Positions 56,575-64,000 of a stretch of DNA of 64,000 nt are shown in pieces. This DNA is from Rickettsiales bacterium (GTDB lineage: Bacteria; Pseudomonadota; Alphaproteobacteria; Rickettsiales; UBA3002), in the NCBI GenBank assembly GCA_044239745.1, contig JBIIAV010000001.1:18884-82883 (forward strand), written 5' to 3'. The translations under genes were made by a program, and so were the position numbers. Each line of letters starts with the position of its first letter. Within the stretch, counting starts at the first letter, position 1. The notes beneath the pieces were generated by a model. The model ran no database searches, was not told the origin of the DNA, and saw nothing but the letters and a program-made list of their open reading frames with translations.

Positions 56575-57096
56575 ATGAGAACCAAGTCCGCCGCCCTATC
56601 GCTCGCGAGCCATTCGGAACCCGCCACTGTCAGCAACGCTTCGCATGAGACCCTCATCGCGGCCGCGTCGCAGATCGTCAGTGCCTATATCGTCAACCGC
56701 CCGAACGAGGCCTTCAACCTCACCGCCCTGACGACGGATGTCTATGCCACCTTGCGCAGCTTGGTGCAAAGCGATGCAAGCCTCGGTGCAAGCAAGCCCA
56801 CCAGCGGCCAAAGCCGTAAGCCGGTGGTCGCGGTCGAAGAATCGGTGCATGCGGATTTCTTGGTGTGCTTGGAAGACGGTAAGCGCGTCAAAATGCTCAA
56901 GCGCCATCTCAAAACGGCGTATGGCATGAGCCCCGACCAATACCGTGCCCGCTGGGATCTACCTGCGACATACCCCATGGTCGCGCCGAACTATGCGAAG
57001 GTGCGCAGCCAACTCGCCAAGCAGATCGGCCTTGGCCGCCGCGCTTTGCCTACCGCTAAGCAGCGCATGAACGCCGCCGCAGCGAATTTGCGCTAG
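56575..57096 (+). CDS. mucR: MucR/Ros family transcriptional regulator
   Basis: 173 aa. The C-terminal domain FLVCLEDGKRVKMLKRHLKTAYGMSPDQYRARWDLPATYPMVAPNYAKVRSQLAKQIGLG is the Ros/MucR DNA-binding fold. Its stop shares a CTAG with the nadC stop. Confidence 0.88.
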   Translation: MRTKSAALSLASHSEPATVSNASHETLIAAASQIVSAYIVNRPNEAFNLTALTTDVYATLRSLVQSDASLGASKPTSGQSRKPVVAVEESVHADFLVCLEDGKRVKMLKRHLKTAYGMSPDQYRARWDLPATYPMVAPNYAKVRSQLAKQIGLGRRALPTAKQRMNAAAANLR

Positions 57097-57950
57097 GCCT
57101 CGTCCAGCCCGATATCGACTGCCACGGCGGAATGGGTGAGCTTGCCCACCGAGATGGAATCGACGCGCGTCTGCGCGATTGCGCGCACGGTCATCAGGTT
57201 CACGTTGCCGCTGGCTTCCGTTCGCACCACCTGCCCTGTGGCCGCTTTGTGCGCGCGCACGGTCGCCACCGCTTCGCGGAGCTGGTCGTTCTCCATATTG
57301 TCGAGCAGCACACTATCCACCTGATCCGTCGCCAACGCTTCACCTAATTGCGTCAACGTATCGCATTCCACCTGAATGGGCACACCGCTTGCGACACTCG
57401 CCTTAGCCGCTTTCACGGCCGCCGTCACGCTGCCTGCCACCGCGATATGGTTATCCTTGATCAGCACCGCATCATGAAGCCCCATGCGGTGATTCGTACC
57501 GCCGCCGCAACGCACGGCGTATTTTTGTGCCGCGCGCATGCCGAGCACGGTCTTGCGCGTATCCAAAATGGTCGCGCCGGTACCCGCCACCGCATCGACA
57601 TATGCCCGCGTCAGCGTCGCCACGCCGGAAAGCTGCTGCACAAGGTTGAGGGCCACACGCTCGCCCGCCAGCAGTGCCCGCGCACTGCCCGAAAGCGTGG
57701 CAAGCACCTCGCCCGTCGCCACACGGCCGCCCTCAGCTGCGGTGATCTTCACCGTCACCGATGGGTCGATCATGGCGAACAGTTCCGGCAGGAACACCAA
57801 CCCGCACACCACCATTTCCTGCCGCGCGCGCATGACAAAACGGGCGGGCTTATCCGCCGGAATCGTCGCATTGCCCGTGATATCGCCGGTGCCGATATCC
57901 TCGGCGATCGCGGCTTTTAATACGGCGGAAATATCGATGGGTGATTGCAT
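57093..57950 (-). CDS. nadC: Nicotinate-nucleotide diphosphorylase (carboxylating)
   Basis: 285 aa of the QPRTase family (ILDTRKTVLGMRAAQKYAVRCGGGTNHRMGLHDAVLIKDNH). Confidence 0.93.
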   Translation of the reverse strand: MQSPIDISAVLKAAIAEDIGTGDITGNATIPADKPARFVMRARQEMVVCGLVFLPELFAMIDPSVTVKITAAEGGRVATGEVLATLSGSARALLAGERVALNLVQQLSGVATLTRAYVDAVAGTGATILDTRKTVLGMRAAQKYAVRCGGGTNHRMGLHDAVLIKDNHIAVAGSVTAAVKAAKASVASGVPIQVECDTLTQLGEALATDQVDSVLLDNMENDQLREAVATVRAHKAATGQVVRTEASGNVNLMTVRAIAQTRVDSISVGKLTHSAVAVDIGLDEA

Positions 57951-58033
57951 GAAGCCGTTTCTCTCATTATCTAAGGTTCTGGATTGCCACGTCGCTGCGT
58001 TGCCCGCAACGACGAATTGCCGTGAGAAATGAA

Positions 58034-59812
58034 ATGACTGCCTACCCCATCACCCATCACAGGCTCGACGTCGCCATCATCGGCGCCGGTGGCGCAGGCT
58101 TGCGCGCCGCCATCGCCGCCAGCGAGGGCGATTTACGCGTCGGCGTCATCAGCAAGGTCGACCCGCGCCGCAGCCACACCATGGCGGCGCAAGGCGGCAT
58201 CAACGCCGCGCTTGGCACCCGCGGGCCGGACGACTGGCGTTGGCACATGTACGACACCGTGCGCGGCTCCGACTGGCTCGGCGATCAGGACGCGATCGCG
58301 CGGCTATGCGAGCAGGCACCGCGCGCCATCAACGAGCTGGCTGATTGGGGCGTGCCCTTCACGCGCGACGATAAAGGCCAGATCTATCAGCGCCCCTACG
58401 GCGGCCAGACCATCGAGTATGGCGGCGACCCTGCCTTCCGTGCCGCCGCCGCCGAGGACCGCACCGGCCAAGCCATCATGCAGGTCATGCTTCGCCGCGC
58501 TATGGGTCGCGCCATCACGTTTTATTCCGAATTCTTCGCGCTCGATCTATTGATGAGCGCGGATGGCGCCTGCACCGGCGTGCTGTGCCTCGAGCTTGCC
58601 ACCGGTGCGCTGCATGCGTTCCATGCGCCGCTTACCATCATCGCCACCGGCGGCTACGGTCAGGTCTATGCCTCCACCACCGCCGCCAATCTTTGCACCG
58701 GCGACGGCAACGCCATGGTGCTGCGCGCCGGCCTGCCGCTTCAGGATATGGAGTTCGTGCAATTCCACCCGACGGGGCTTCATGGTTCGGGCATCCTCAT
58801 CACCGAGGGTGCGCGCGGTGAAGGTGGCTATTTGCGCAATGCACTGGGCGAGCGTTTCCTCACCCACTATGCCCCAAGCAGCATGGAGCTGGCCAGCCGC
58901 GACGTCATCGCCCGCGCGATCGTGCAGGAGATGCGCGCCGGCCGCGGTGCGGGGAAACACAGCGATCATGTCTGGCTAGACCTCACGCATCTGAGCGCGG
59001 ATGTTTTCACTACCAAGCTGCCGTACATCACCTCGCTGTGCGAGACGCTGATGCGGCTTGACCCACGCACCACCATGATTCCCGTCGTGCCCACCGTGCA
59101 TTATTCCATGGGCGGTATTCCCGCCAATGTGCAAAGCCAAGTGCTGCGCATCGCAAGCGATGGCAGCGAATCCACCGTCACAGGCCTCATGGCCATCGGC
59201 GAAGCAGCGAACAATTCCTGCCACGGCGCCAACCGCTTGGGCTGCAACTCGTTGCTCGATCTCGTCGTCTTCGGTAAGGACGCGGGCGATTGGGCGGCGA
59301 CCAACATTAAAGCAGCATCAACCAGTCCAAACACACACAGTGTGTCGCTCGATGCTGCCCTCGCGCGGCTCGATGCCATGCGTCATGCGCCCGTGCGCAG
59401 CAGCGCACGCGATATCCGTCGGCAATTGCAATCCATCATGACACGCTGCGCCCCCATCTATCGCAACGGGGCAGAATTAACGCAAGGCTATGAGGCGCTC
59501 GAGGCGCTGGCTCGCGAGCCGCTGGGCACCGCCGATGCCGATCTGGCATGGAATGTCGACCTCGTCGCCGCACTCGAGACCGATAATTTGCTCGCCCAAG
59601 GCCGCGCCACCATGCTGGCCGCGCTCAAGCGCACCGAGTCACGCGGCGCCCACGCGCGCGAAGATTACCCAACGCGTGATGATGCGAACTGGCTGAAACA
59701 TTCGCTCGTTTGGGTCGATGGTGCGCACGCGCCGCGCCATGCCACCCGCGCGGTCCATCTCACCGCGGGGATGGATGAACCGAGCTTCGCGCCGGAGGTT
59801 CGGGCGTATTAA
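58034..59812 (+). CDS. SdhA/FrdA-type flavoprotein (succinate dehydrogenase flavoprotein-like) located where nadB would be expected
   Basis: About 592 aa from ATG 58034 (GTG 58022 is also possible). It is collinear with SdhA: [27 protein letters not shown] (covalent-FAD His), [66 protein letters not shown] and the C-terminus FAPEVRAY. No sdhB/C/D is adjacent. Confidence 0.85.
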   Translation: MTAYPITHHRLDVAIIGAGGAGLRAAIAASEGDLRVGVISKVDPRRSHTMAAQGGINAALGTRGPDDWRWHMYDTVRGSDWLGDQDAIARLCEQAPRAINELADWGVPFTRDDKGQIYQRPYGGQTIEYGGDPAFRAAAAEDRTGQAIMQVMLRRAMGRAITFYSEFFALDLLMSADGACTGVLCLELATGALHAFHAPLTIIATGGYGQVYASTTAANLCTGDGNAMVLRAGLPLQDMEFVQFHPTGLHGSGILITEGARGEGGYLRNALGERFLTHYAPSSMELASRDVIARAIVQEMRAGRGAGKHSDHVWLDLTHLSADVFTTKLPYITSLCETLMRLDPRTTMIPVVPTVHYSMGGIPANVQSQVLRIASDGSESTVTGLMAIGEAANNSCHGANRLGCNSLLDLVVFGKDAGDWAATNIKAASTSPNTHSVSLDAALARLDAMRHAPVRSSARDIRRQLQSIMTRCAPIYRNGAELTQGYEALEALAREPLGTADADLAWNVDLVAALETDNLLAQGRATMLAALKRTESRGAHAREDYPTRDDANWLKHSLVWVDGAHAPRHATRAVHLTAGMDEPSFAPEVRAY

Positions 59813-59866
59813 AAACGCACGAGTATAACTACATTAAGATTTGCCGGTAAGTATCTGGTAAAAATA

Positions 59867-59890
59867 AAAAATGTTTCACGTGAAACATTT
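59867..59890. terminator. 24-bp perfect palindrome AAAATGTTTCACGTGAAACATTTT between convergent genes (probable bidirectional hairpin terminator)
   Basis: It sits in the 87-bp AT-rich gap between the SdhA-like gene (+) and the nadA-operon tail (-). On the minus-strand transcript the hairpin is followed by UUAUUUUU. The stem is AU-rich, so its strength is uncertain. Coordinates are +/-1. Confidence 0.45.
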
Positions 59891-59899
59891 TGGGGCGGC

Positions 59900-60583
59900 C
59901 TACGGCGTTTGGTAGACCAGCGCCTCGCGCAGCATGCCCACAAATAGCTGCAACGGGCGATCCATTTCATCCGGTATGGGCTGATAGATCGGGATCGTCA
60001 GGCTCATGAATTTGAAGTTGGCGTCCCGCGCTTGGCCATTGAGTTGCATACGCAAAGTGATGGATGCCGGAAAATCGACCGCGAAACGCTGCACGGGTGC
60101 ATCCGCCGCAACGGGCGGGCACACAGCACCCATCGGCACACCACAGCGCACCGTCAGCGCCTGCGCATCGAACAGCAATTGCGGCAGCACATCGGCACTC
60201 ACGAAATAATGTTCGGGCGCGCTACCATCCTTGGCGTAGAGCGCCTCGACATCATGCGGCAACTGCACGCGGTAGCGCCCCTGCCCCGCATCCACCGGCA
60301 CCAGCGTTACCTTCGCGAAGGAAACGGAATAGCTTTCATCACCCGAGACCATCGACAAAGTCGGGCGGTCGATGCCGACCATGAACCGGAACGGGAAACC
60401 CGTGGCATAGACTGCGTCCGCCTTGAAATTAACGTAAGCGTTCTTTTTGCGGAACGCCTCGTTGTGATAGGTGATACTGGCCTTCACCCGCGCCACGTCG
60501 CTGGCCATCAGGCCAAACCAAACGCCCAGCCACACAAGCGCGGCGGCAACCAGCGCCGCCATTATTTTTAACAGCTTACGCAT
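59900..60583 (-). CDS. Hypothetical membrane-anchored protein (DUF2125-like)
   Basis: The start is at ATG 60583 ([24 protein letters not shown]), overlapping the nadA stop by 8 nt; track start 60610 is TTG. An N-terminal TM followed by ...ATGFPFRF... resembles DUF2125 proteins. Confidence 0.55.
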   Translation of the reverse strand: MRKLLKIMAALVAAALVWLGVWFGLMASDVARVKASITYHNEAFRKKNAYVNFKADAVYATGFPFRFMVGIDRPTLSMVSGDESYSVSFAKVTLVPVDAGQGRYRVQLPHDVEALYAKDGSAPEHYFVSADVLPQLLFDAQALTVRCGVPMGAVCPPVAADAPVQRFAVDFPASITLRMQLNGQARDANFKFMSLTIPIYQPIPDEMDRPLQLFVGMLREALVYQTP

Positions 60584-61595
60584 GGGGCTTCGCAATCGCG
60601 GTCGAGGCAATGGCTTGCGACATCGCCAGCATGCGATCGAGGGGTTTACGTGCCGCCGCGATCAGCTCCGGCGATAATAACAGCTCCGGCGATTGGTCGC
60701 GCATGCATTGGTAGAGCTTTTCCATCGTGTTCATTTTCATGAACTCGCAATTGTTGCAATTGACGCAGGCGCCGCCATCGAACACGCCGGGCACGGGATA
60801 GAACACACTGCCAGCCGAGCGTTTTTGCATCTGGTGCAAGATACCTGCTTCCGTCAGCACGATGAATTCCTGCGCGGGGCGGCTTTCGGTGAATTTTAAC
60901 AAGCTCGAGGTCGAGCCGATATGGTGCGCATGGGTCAGCAGCGCCTCGGGGCATTCAGGGTGAGCAATGATATGCGCCTTCGGGTGCGCCACTTTCAGCT
61001 TAATGAGTTCGCGCTCGGAAAAACGCTCATGCACCATACAACTGCCATGCCACAGCAGCATATTGCGCCCTGTTTTCTTGTTCAGGTAATCACCCAAGAA
61101 ACGATCCGGCGCGAAGATGATTTTTTGATCCGCCGGCAGCGCATTCAAGATCGCCTCGGCGTTGCTGCTCGTCACGATGATGTCGGACAGCGCCTTGATT
61201 TCCGCCGAGCAATTGATGTAGGTGACCACCAGATGATCGGGATGTTTTTGCTTGAAGGCGCGGAACTGATCTGGCGGGCAGGAAATTTCCAAACTGCACC
61301 CCGCGCTTAAATCCGGCAGCAGCACTTTTTTCGATGGATTTAAAATCTTGGCGCCCTCGGCCATGAATTTCACGCCGCAAAAAACGATGACATCGGCTTT
61401 TGTCTCCGCCGCCTTGCGCGCCAGCTCCAGCGAATCGCCGATGATATCGGCGATGTCTTGAATATCATCCTCCTGATAATAATGCGCAAGGATGACCGCA
61501 TTCATCTCGCGTTTGAAGCGAAGGATCTCCTCCTCGAGATTGCTCGGTATCGCGCTTGGATGCTTGGTTTGCGTGCTGTGGGCGGCGGTTTGCAT
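60576..61595 (-). CDS. nadA: Quinolinate synthase
   Basis: 339-aa NadA fold with three repeated segments ([24 protein letters not shown]) and C-terminal Cys residues (CVNCNNC). Confidence 0.93.
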   Translation of the reverse strand: MQTAAHSTQTKHPSAIPSNLEEEILRFKREMNAVILAHYYQEDDIQDIADIIGDSLELARKAAETKADVIVFCGVKFMAEGAKILNPSKKVLLPDLSAGCSLEISCPPDQFRAFKQKHPDHLVVTYINCSAEIKALSDIIVTSSNAEAILNALPADQKIIFAPDRFLGDYLNKKTGRNMLLWHGSCMVHERFSERELIKLKVAHPKAHIIAHPECPEALLTHAHHIGSTSSLLKFTESRPAQEFIVLTEAGILHQMQKRSAGSVFYPVPGVFDGGACVNCNNCEFMKMNTMEKLYQCMRDQSPELLLSPELIAAARKPLDRMLAMSQAIASTAIAKPHA

Positions 61596-61634
61596 ACATG
61601 CTATCTAATGCACCGCCTGAGAAAAGCAAGGGAA

Positions 61635-61946
61635 TCAGGGAAGTTCGTGCAGCGGCACCCGCGCCAGTTTTGGCGTTGCACTTGATTTCAGCGCCGTTTG
61701 CAATTCCTTCTCCAACTGGGCTTTCACCGGCGCCTCAAGTCGCATGCAGTCTTGGTCGGTCAGTGCGCCATACAGCGCATAAAGCGCCATGCGATTGATG
61801 AATCGCGGATAGGATGCCTTGTAGCGCAGATAGGCTTCCATGTAGCCCATCGCACGCAGCGCTTCGGCGGAATCGACGCCGATGCGCTTACCGTATTTTT
61901 CCATGGCCGGCCCCAGATTCTTCAAGCTGGAAAGCGGCGTACTCAA
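61635..61946 (-). CDS. TfoX C-terminal domain-only protein
   Basis: 103 aa. LKNLGPAMEKYGKRIGVDSAEALRAMGYMEAYLRYK ... ALYALYGAL matches the HhH-type TfoX_C domain. The TTG start at 61946 abuts the upstream gene's stop; using the first ATG (61904) would truncate the domain. Confidence 0.6.
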   Translation of the reverse strand: MSTPLSSLKNLGPAMEKYGKRIGVDSAEALRAMGYMEAYLRYKASYPRFINRMALYALYGALTDQDCMRLEAPVKAQLEKELQTALKSSATPKLARVPLHELP

Positions 61947-62467
61947 CCGACCTCCACAAAAGTGGATGGATTGAATTGCGGTAGTAGCGCCAGTAAATCC
62001 GAGCGCTTCAAGGCGATGCAGCCTTCGGTGCCGACGCCGTCGTCGCGCATCAGGTGCATGAAGATCGCGCTACCGGCACCGGCGACAATCGGTGCGTCCG
62101 CCCCGTCGTTATACCCCAGCGGGATGATGAGATCGTAGACCGAATCTGTACGCCAGAGGGTTTCGTGGCGCGCCGGAAACGGCAAGGTCACATGCTGATT
62201 ATAAAGCGGGTGCGCGGGGTCGTCGCACCAGCCGTCCTGCGGGGTCAGTGCGATCAGCGGCAATTCGGTTTTTGGTGGTTGCATGCGGTCGGGGCGGTAG
62301 TAACTGGCGCGCAGCGCAAAGCGCCCTGTGGGTGTTTTCAGGTCGCCCTCGCGCTTTTCACCCGCCGCCGCGATACCGCCACGCCCGATGCGGCAATCAT
62401 AGCGCATGCCTGCAATTTCGAGGGTCGTCGCATCAATCAGCTTGATTCTTGAGAGGCGCTCCGCCAT
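61943..62467 (-). CDS. L,D-transpeptidase catalytic-domain family protein (YkuD-like, COG3786 type)
   Basis: The start is at ATG 62467 (MAERLSRIKL). The active-site-like stretch GSAIFMHLMRDDGVGTEGCIAL carries the His ... Gly-Cys motif of YkuD domains. There is no signal peptide. Confidence 0.6.
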   Translation of the reverse strand: MAERLSRIKLIDATTLEIAGMRYDCRIGRGGIAAAGEKREGDLKTPTGRFALRASYYRPDRMQPPKTELPLIALTPQDGWCDDPAHPLYNQHVTLPFPARHETLWRTDSVYDLIIPLGYNDGADAPIVAGAGSAIFMHLMRDDGVGTEGCIALKRSDLLALLPQFNPSTFVEVG

Positions 62468-62537
62468 ACCATGTGCACACCAATAAGTTGAACGCACCCA
62501 TTAAACAAGCGAACCCAAATCACAGCAAGGAAAAACC

Positions 62538-63281
62538 ATGCGCCATTTCATGACCGCCCTCACCCTCGTTGCATGCGCCCTTGCCACCCCTGCGTTCGCG
62601 GGCGTCAGCAAGATCAGCAGCCCTGCCGTCACCAAAGGTAAGGCAGAGATCGAATATTTCGGAACGCGCTATAGCGACGGCGGCAAGAAGCTCAACAACA
62701 AACAGAACCATTTGTACGAGATCGAATACGGCCTGACCGATAACTTCAAGGTCGGCGTGGAAGGTAAATCCGAACGCGTCACCAAAAAGGGTCATGAATT
62801 TGTAGGTTATGGCGTGGAAGCACAGTACGAGCTGACCCAGCAAGGCGCGTGGTGGTTGGCCTCGGCGGTGAAGGGCGAATATTTCTGGGGCGCAAGCAAA
62901 GCTAAGCCCGATGAGTTAGAGGTAAAAGCGCTACTCAAGCGCAGCCTCGGCGCGAACGATGTGGTGGCCAATATCGGCCTTGAGAAACAGATCGGCGATA
63001 ACCGCGCCAAAAGCCTTGCGGTCAGCTCGAAATTGCAAGCTGTCCATAACCTTAATCCGCACTTCAATCCGGCGGTAGAGTGGCACGCCGACTACGGCAA
63101 ACTCAACAAACTCGGTGATTCCGATACGGCCGAACATTATGTCGGGCCTGCCATCACCGGTGACCTGTTCAAGCTCGCCGGTGGCGATATCGGCTACACC
63201 GCAGGTTACTACTGGGGCTTGACGGACGACTCGGCCGATAGCGCCGCGCGCCTGCAATTGGGTTATGAAATTAAGTTCTAG
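62538..63281 (+). CDS. Putative outer-membrane beta-barrel protein
   Basis: An AAGGA RBS precedes the start. It has a signal peptide (ALTLVACALATPAFA), alternating amphipathic strands and a C-terminal aromatic residue (LQLGYEIKF). I do not recognise the family. Confidence 0.6.
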   Translation: MRHFMTALTLVACALATPAFAGVSKISSPAVTKGKAEIEYFGTRYSDGGKKLNNKQNHLYEIEYGLTDNFKVGVEGKSERVTKKGHEFVGYGVEAQYELTQQGAWWLASAVKGEYFWGASKAKPDELEVKALLKRSLGANDVVANIGLEKQIGDNRAKSLAVSSKLQAVHNLNPHFNPAVEWHADYGKLNKLGDSDTAEHYVGPAITGDLFKLAGGDIGYTAGYYWGLTDDSADSAARLQLGYEIKF

Positions 63282-63319
63282 GGCTTGCTAATCCGCCGAT
63301 AATTGCGTAAACGCGAAGC

Positions 63320-64000
63320 ATGAACGCGAACACCCCAACCCCGATGCTTGATCGCGCACGGCTTCCCGCCGACACCCGCGACATGAGCATCGACGAACTG
63401 AAACAACTCGCCGATGATCTGCGCCGCGAGACGGTGGATTCCGTTTCGGTCACCGGTGGCCATTTGGGTGCTGGGCTGGGTGTGGTGGAATTGACGGTCG
63501 CGCTGCATCATGTGTTCGACACCCCGCGCGATAAAATCATCTGGGACGTCGGGCATCAGGCCTACCCGCATAAAATCCTCACCGGCCGCCGCGACCGCAT
63601 CCGCACCATTCGTAAGGGCGGCGGGCTTTCCGGTTTCTGCAAGCGCGACGAATCGGAATACGATGCCTTCGGCGCCGGTCACTCCAGCACCAGCATTTCG
63701 GCAGGGCTCGGCATGGCGGTGGCGCGCGATATGGCCGGCGAGAAATTCGAGGTGGTCGCCGTCATCGGCGATGGCGCGATGAGCGCAGGCATGGCCTACG
63801 AAGCGATGAACAACGCCGGCGCACTGGGCACACGGTTGATCGTGATCTTGAACGATAACGACATGTCCATCGCCCCGCCGACCGGCGCGATGAGCGCGTA
63901 TCTTTCACGCCTCATCTCGTCGAAGTCCTATCGTTCGTTGCGCCACATCGGCAAGATGGTGGCGAGCAAATTTCCCGAGCCATTGCAACGCGCCGCCAAA
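63320..64000 (+). CDS. dxs: 1-deoxy-D-xylulose-5-phosphate synthase, N-terminal part; 3' end outside the window
   Basis: My own translation from ATG 63320 gives [91 protein letters not shown]...[15 protein letters not shown], the DXS N-terminus. The frame is open to the window end, so it is absent from the ORF track. Confidence 0.93.
   Translation, partial: MNANTPTPMLDRARLPADTRDMSIDELKQLADDLRRETVDSVSVTGGHLGAGLGVVELTVALHHVFDTPRDKIIWDVGHQAYPHKILTGRRDRIRTIRKGGGLSGFCKRDESEYDAFGAGHSSTSISAGLGMAVARDMAGEKFEVVAVIGDGAMSAGMAYEAMNNAGALGTRLIVILNDNDMSIAPPTGAMSAYLSRLISSKSYRSLRHIGKMVASKFPEPLQRAAK

Noticed and set aside
58034-59812. Annotating the flavoprotein between nadC and nadA simply as L-aspartate oxidase NadB
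   Set aside because: The context suggests NadB, but the sequence is SdhA-type throughout: the RSHT covalent-FAD motif, the DWRWHMYDT block, the about 592-aa length and the C-terminal ...PEVRAY. I report it as SdhA-like and leave the function open.
1-64000. Scan for tRNA/rRNA genes, CRISPR arrays, IS elements, integrases, toxin-antitoxin pairs and defence-system signatures
   Set aside because: No non-coding gap exceeds about 170 bp. No direct-repeat array, terminal inverted repeats, transposase/integrase/recombinase or nuclease/ATPase pair of unknown type was seen. The window looks like syntenic core genome, so none is reported. A proper tRNAscan/Infernal/IS search would be needed to be definitive.

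Overview
This is a GC-rich (about 60% by eye, not computed), extremely gene-dense 64-kb stretch. It reads as core chromosome of an alphaproteobacterium. Lineage markers are LpxI between lpxA and lpxB, OlsB/OlsA, MucR/Ros, DUF1467, a PF07310-like PAS protein, a TIGR02186-like protein, and the recG / sdhE-mfd arrangement. I call 65 protein-coding genes, two of them truncated by the window edges. By eye I find no rRNA, tRNA, CRISPR array, transposase, integrase or phage gene. Blocks from left to right: rseP-bamA-skp-lpxD-fabZ-lpxA-lpxI-lpxB; recG preceded by a PAS/degenerate-GGDEF gene; sdhE-mfd; parE; a long minus-strand run folB-folK-folP-folC followed by three uncharacterised genes (PAS-like, unknown, orphan PstS-like), divergent from pabC-pabB; proS-lolC-lolD-dnaE; miaB-phoH-ybeY-corC; tsaB; a TauE/TIGR02186-like pair; a complete biotin cluster (bioB, bioA / bioF-esterase-bioC-bioD-RDD protein); hscB-hscA-fdx-unknown-pepF; fur-olsB-olsA-ddpX; mucR; nadC / SdhA-type flavoprotein / nadA; dxs. 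Same-strand genes are chained by ATGA/TGATG overlaps and most convergent pairs abut or overlap, so the largest non-coding gap is about 170 bp. I did not find a self-contained mobile or defence-type island. The most unusual observations are: (1) an SdhA-type flavoprotein with the covalent-FAD histidine motif sitting in the nadB slot of the NAD locus; (2) a PAS/GGDEF protein with a dead active site but an intact RxxD I-site, placed 6 nt upstream of recG; (3) uncharacterised genes translationally chained to the folate and biotin operons; (4) a Fur-family regulator without the CxxC site heading an ornithine-lipid operon. Coordinates of hand-located short motifs may be off by 1-2 nt.
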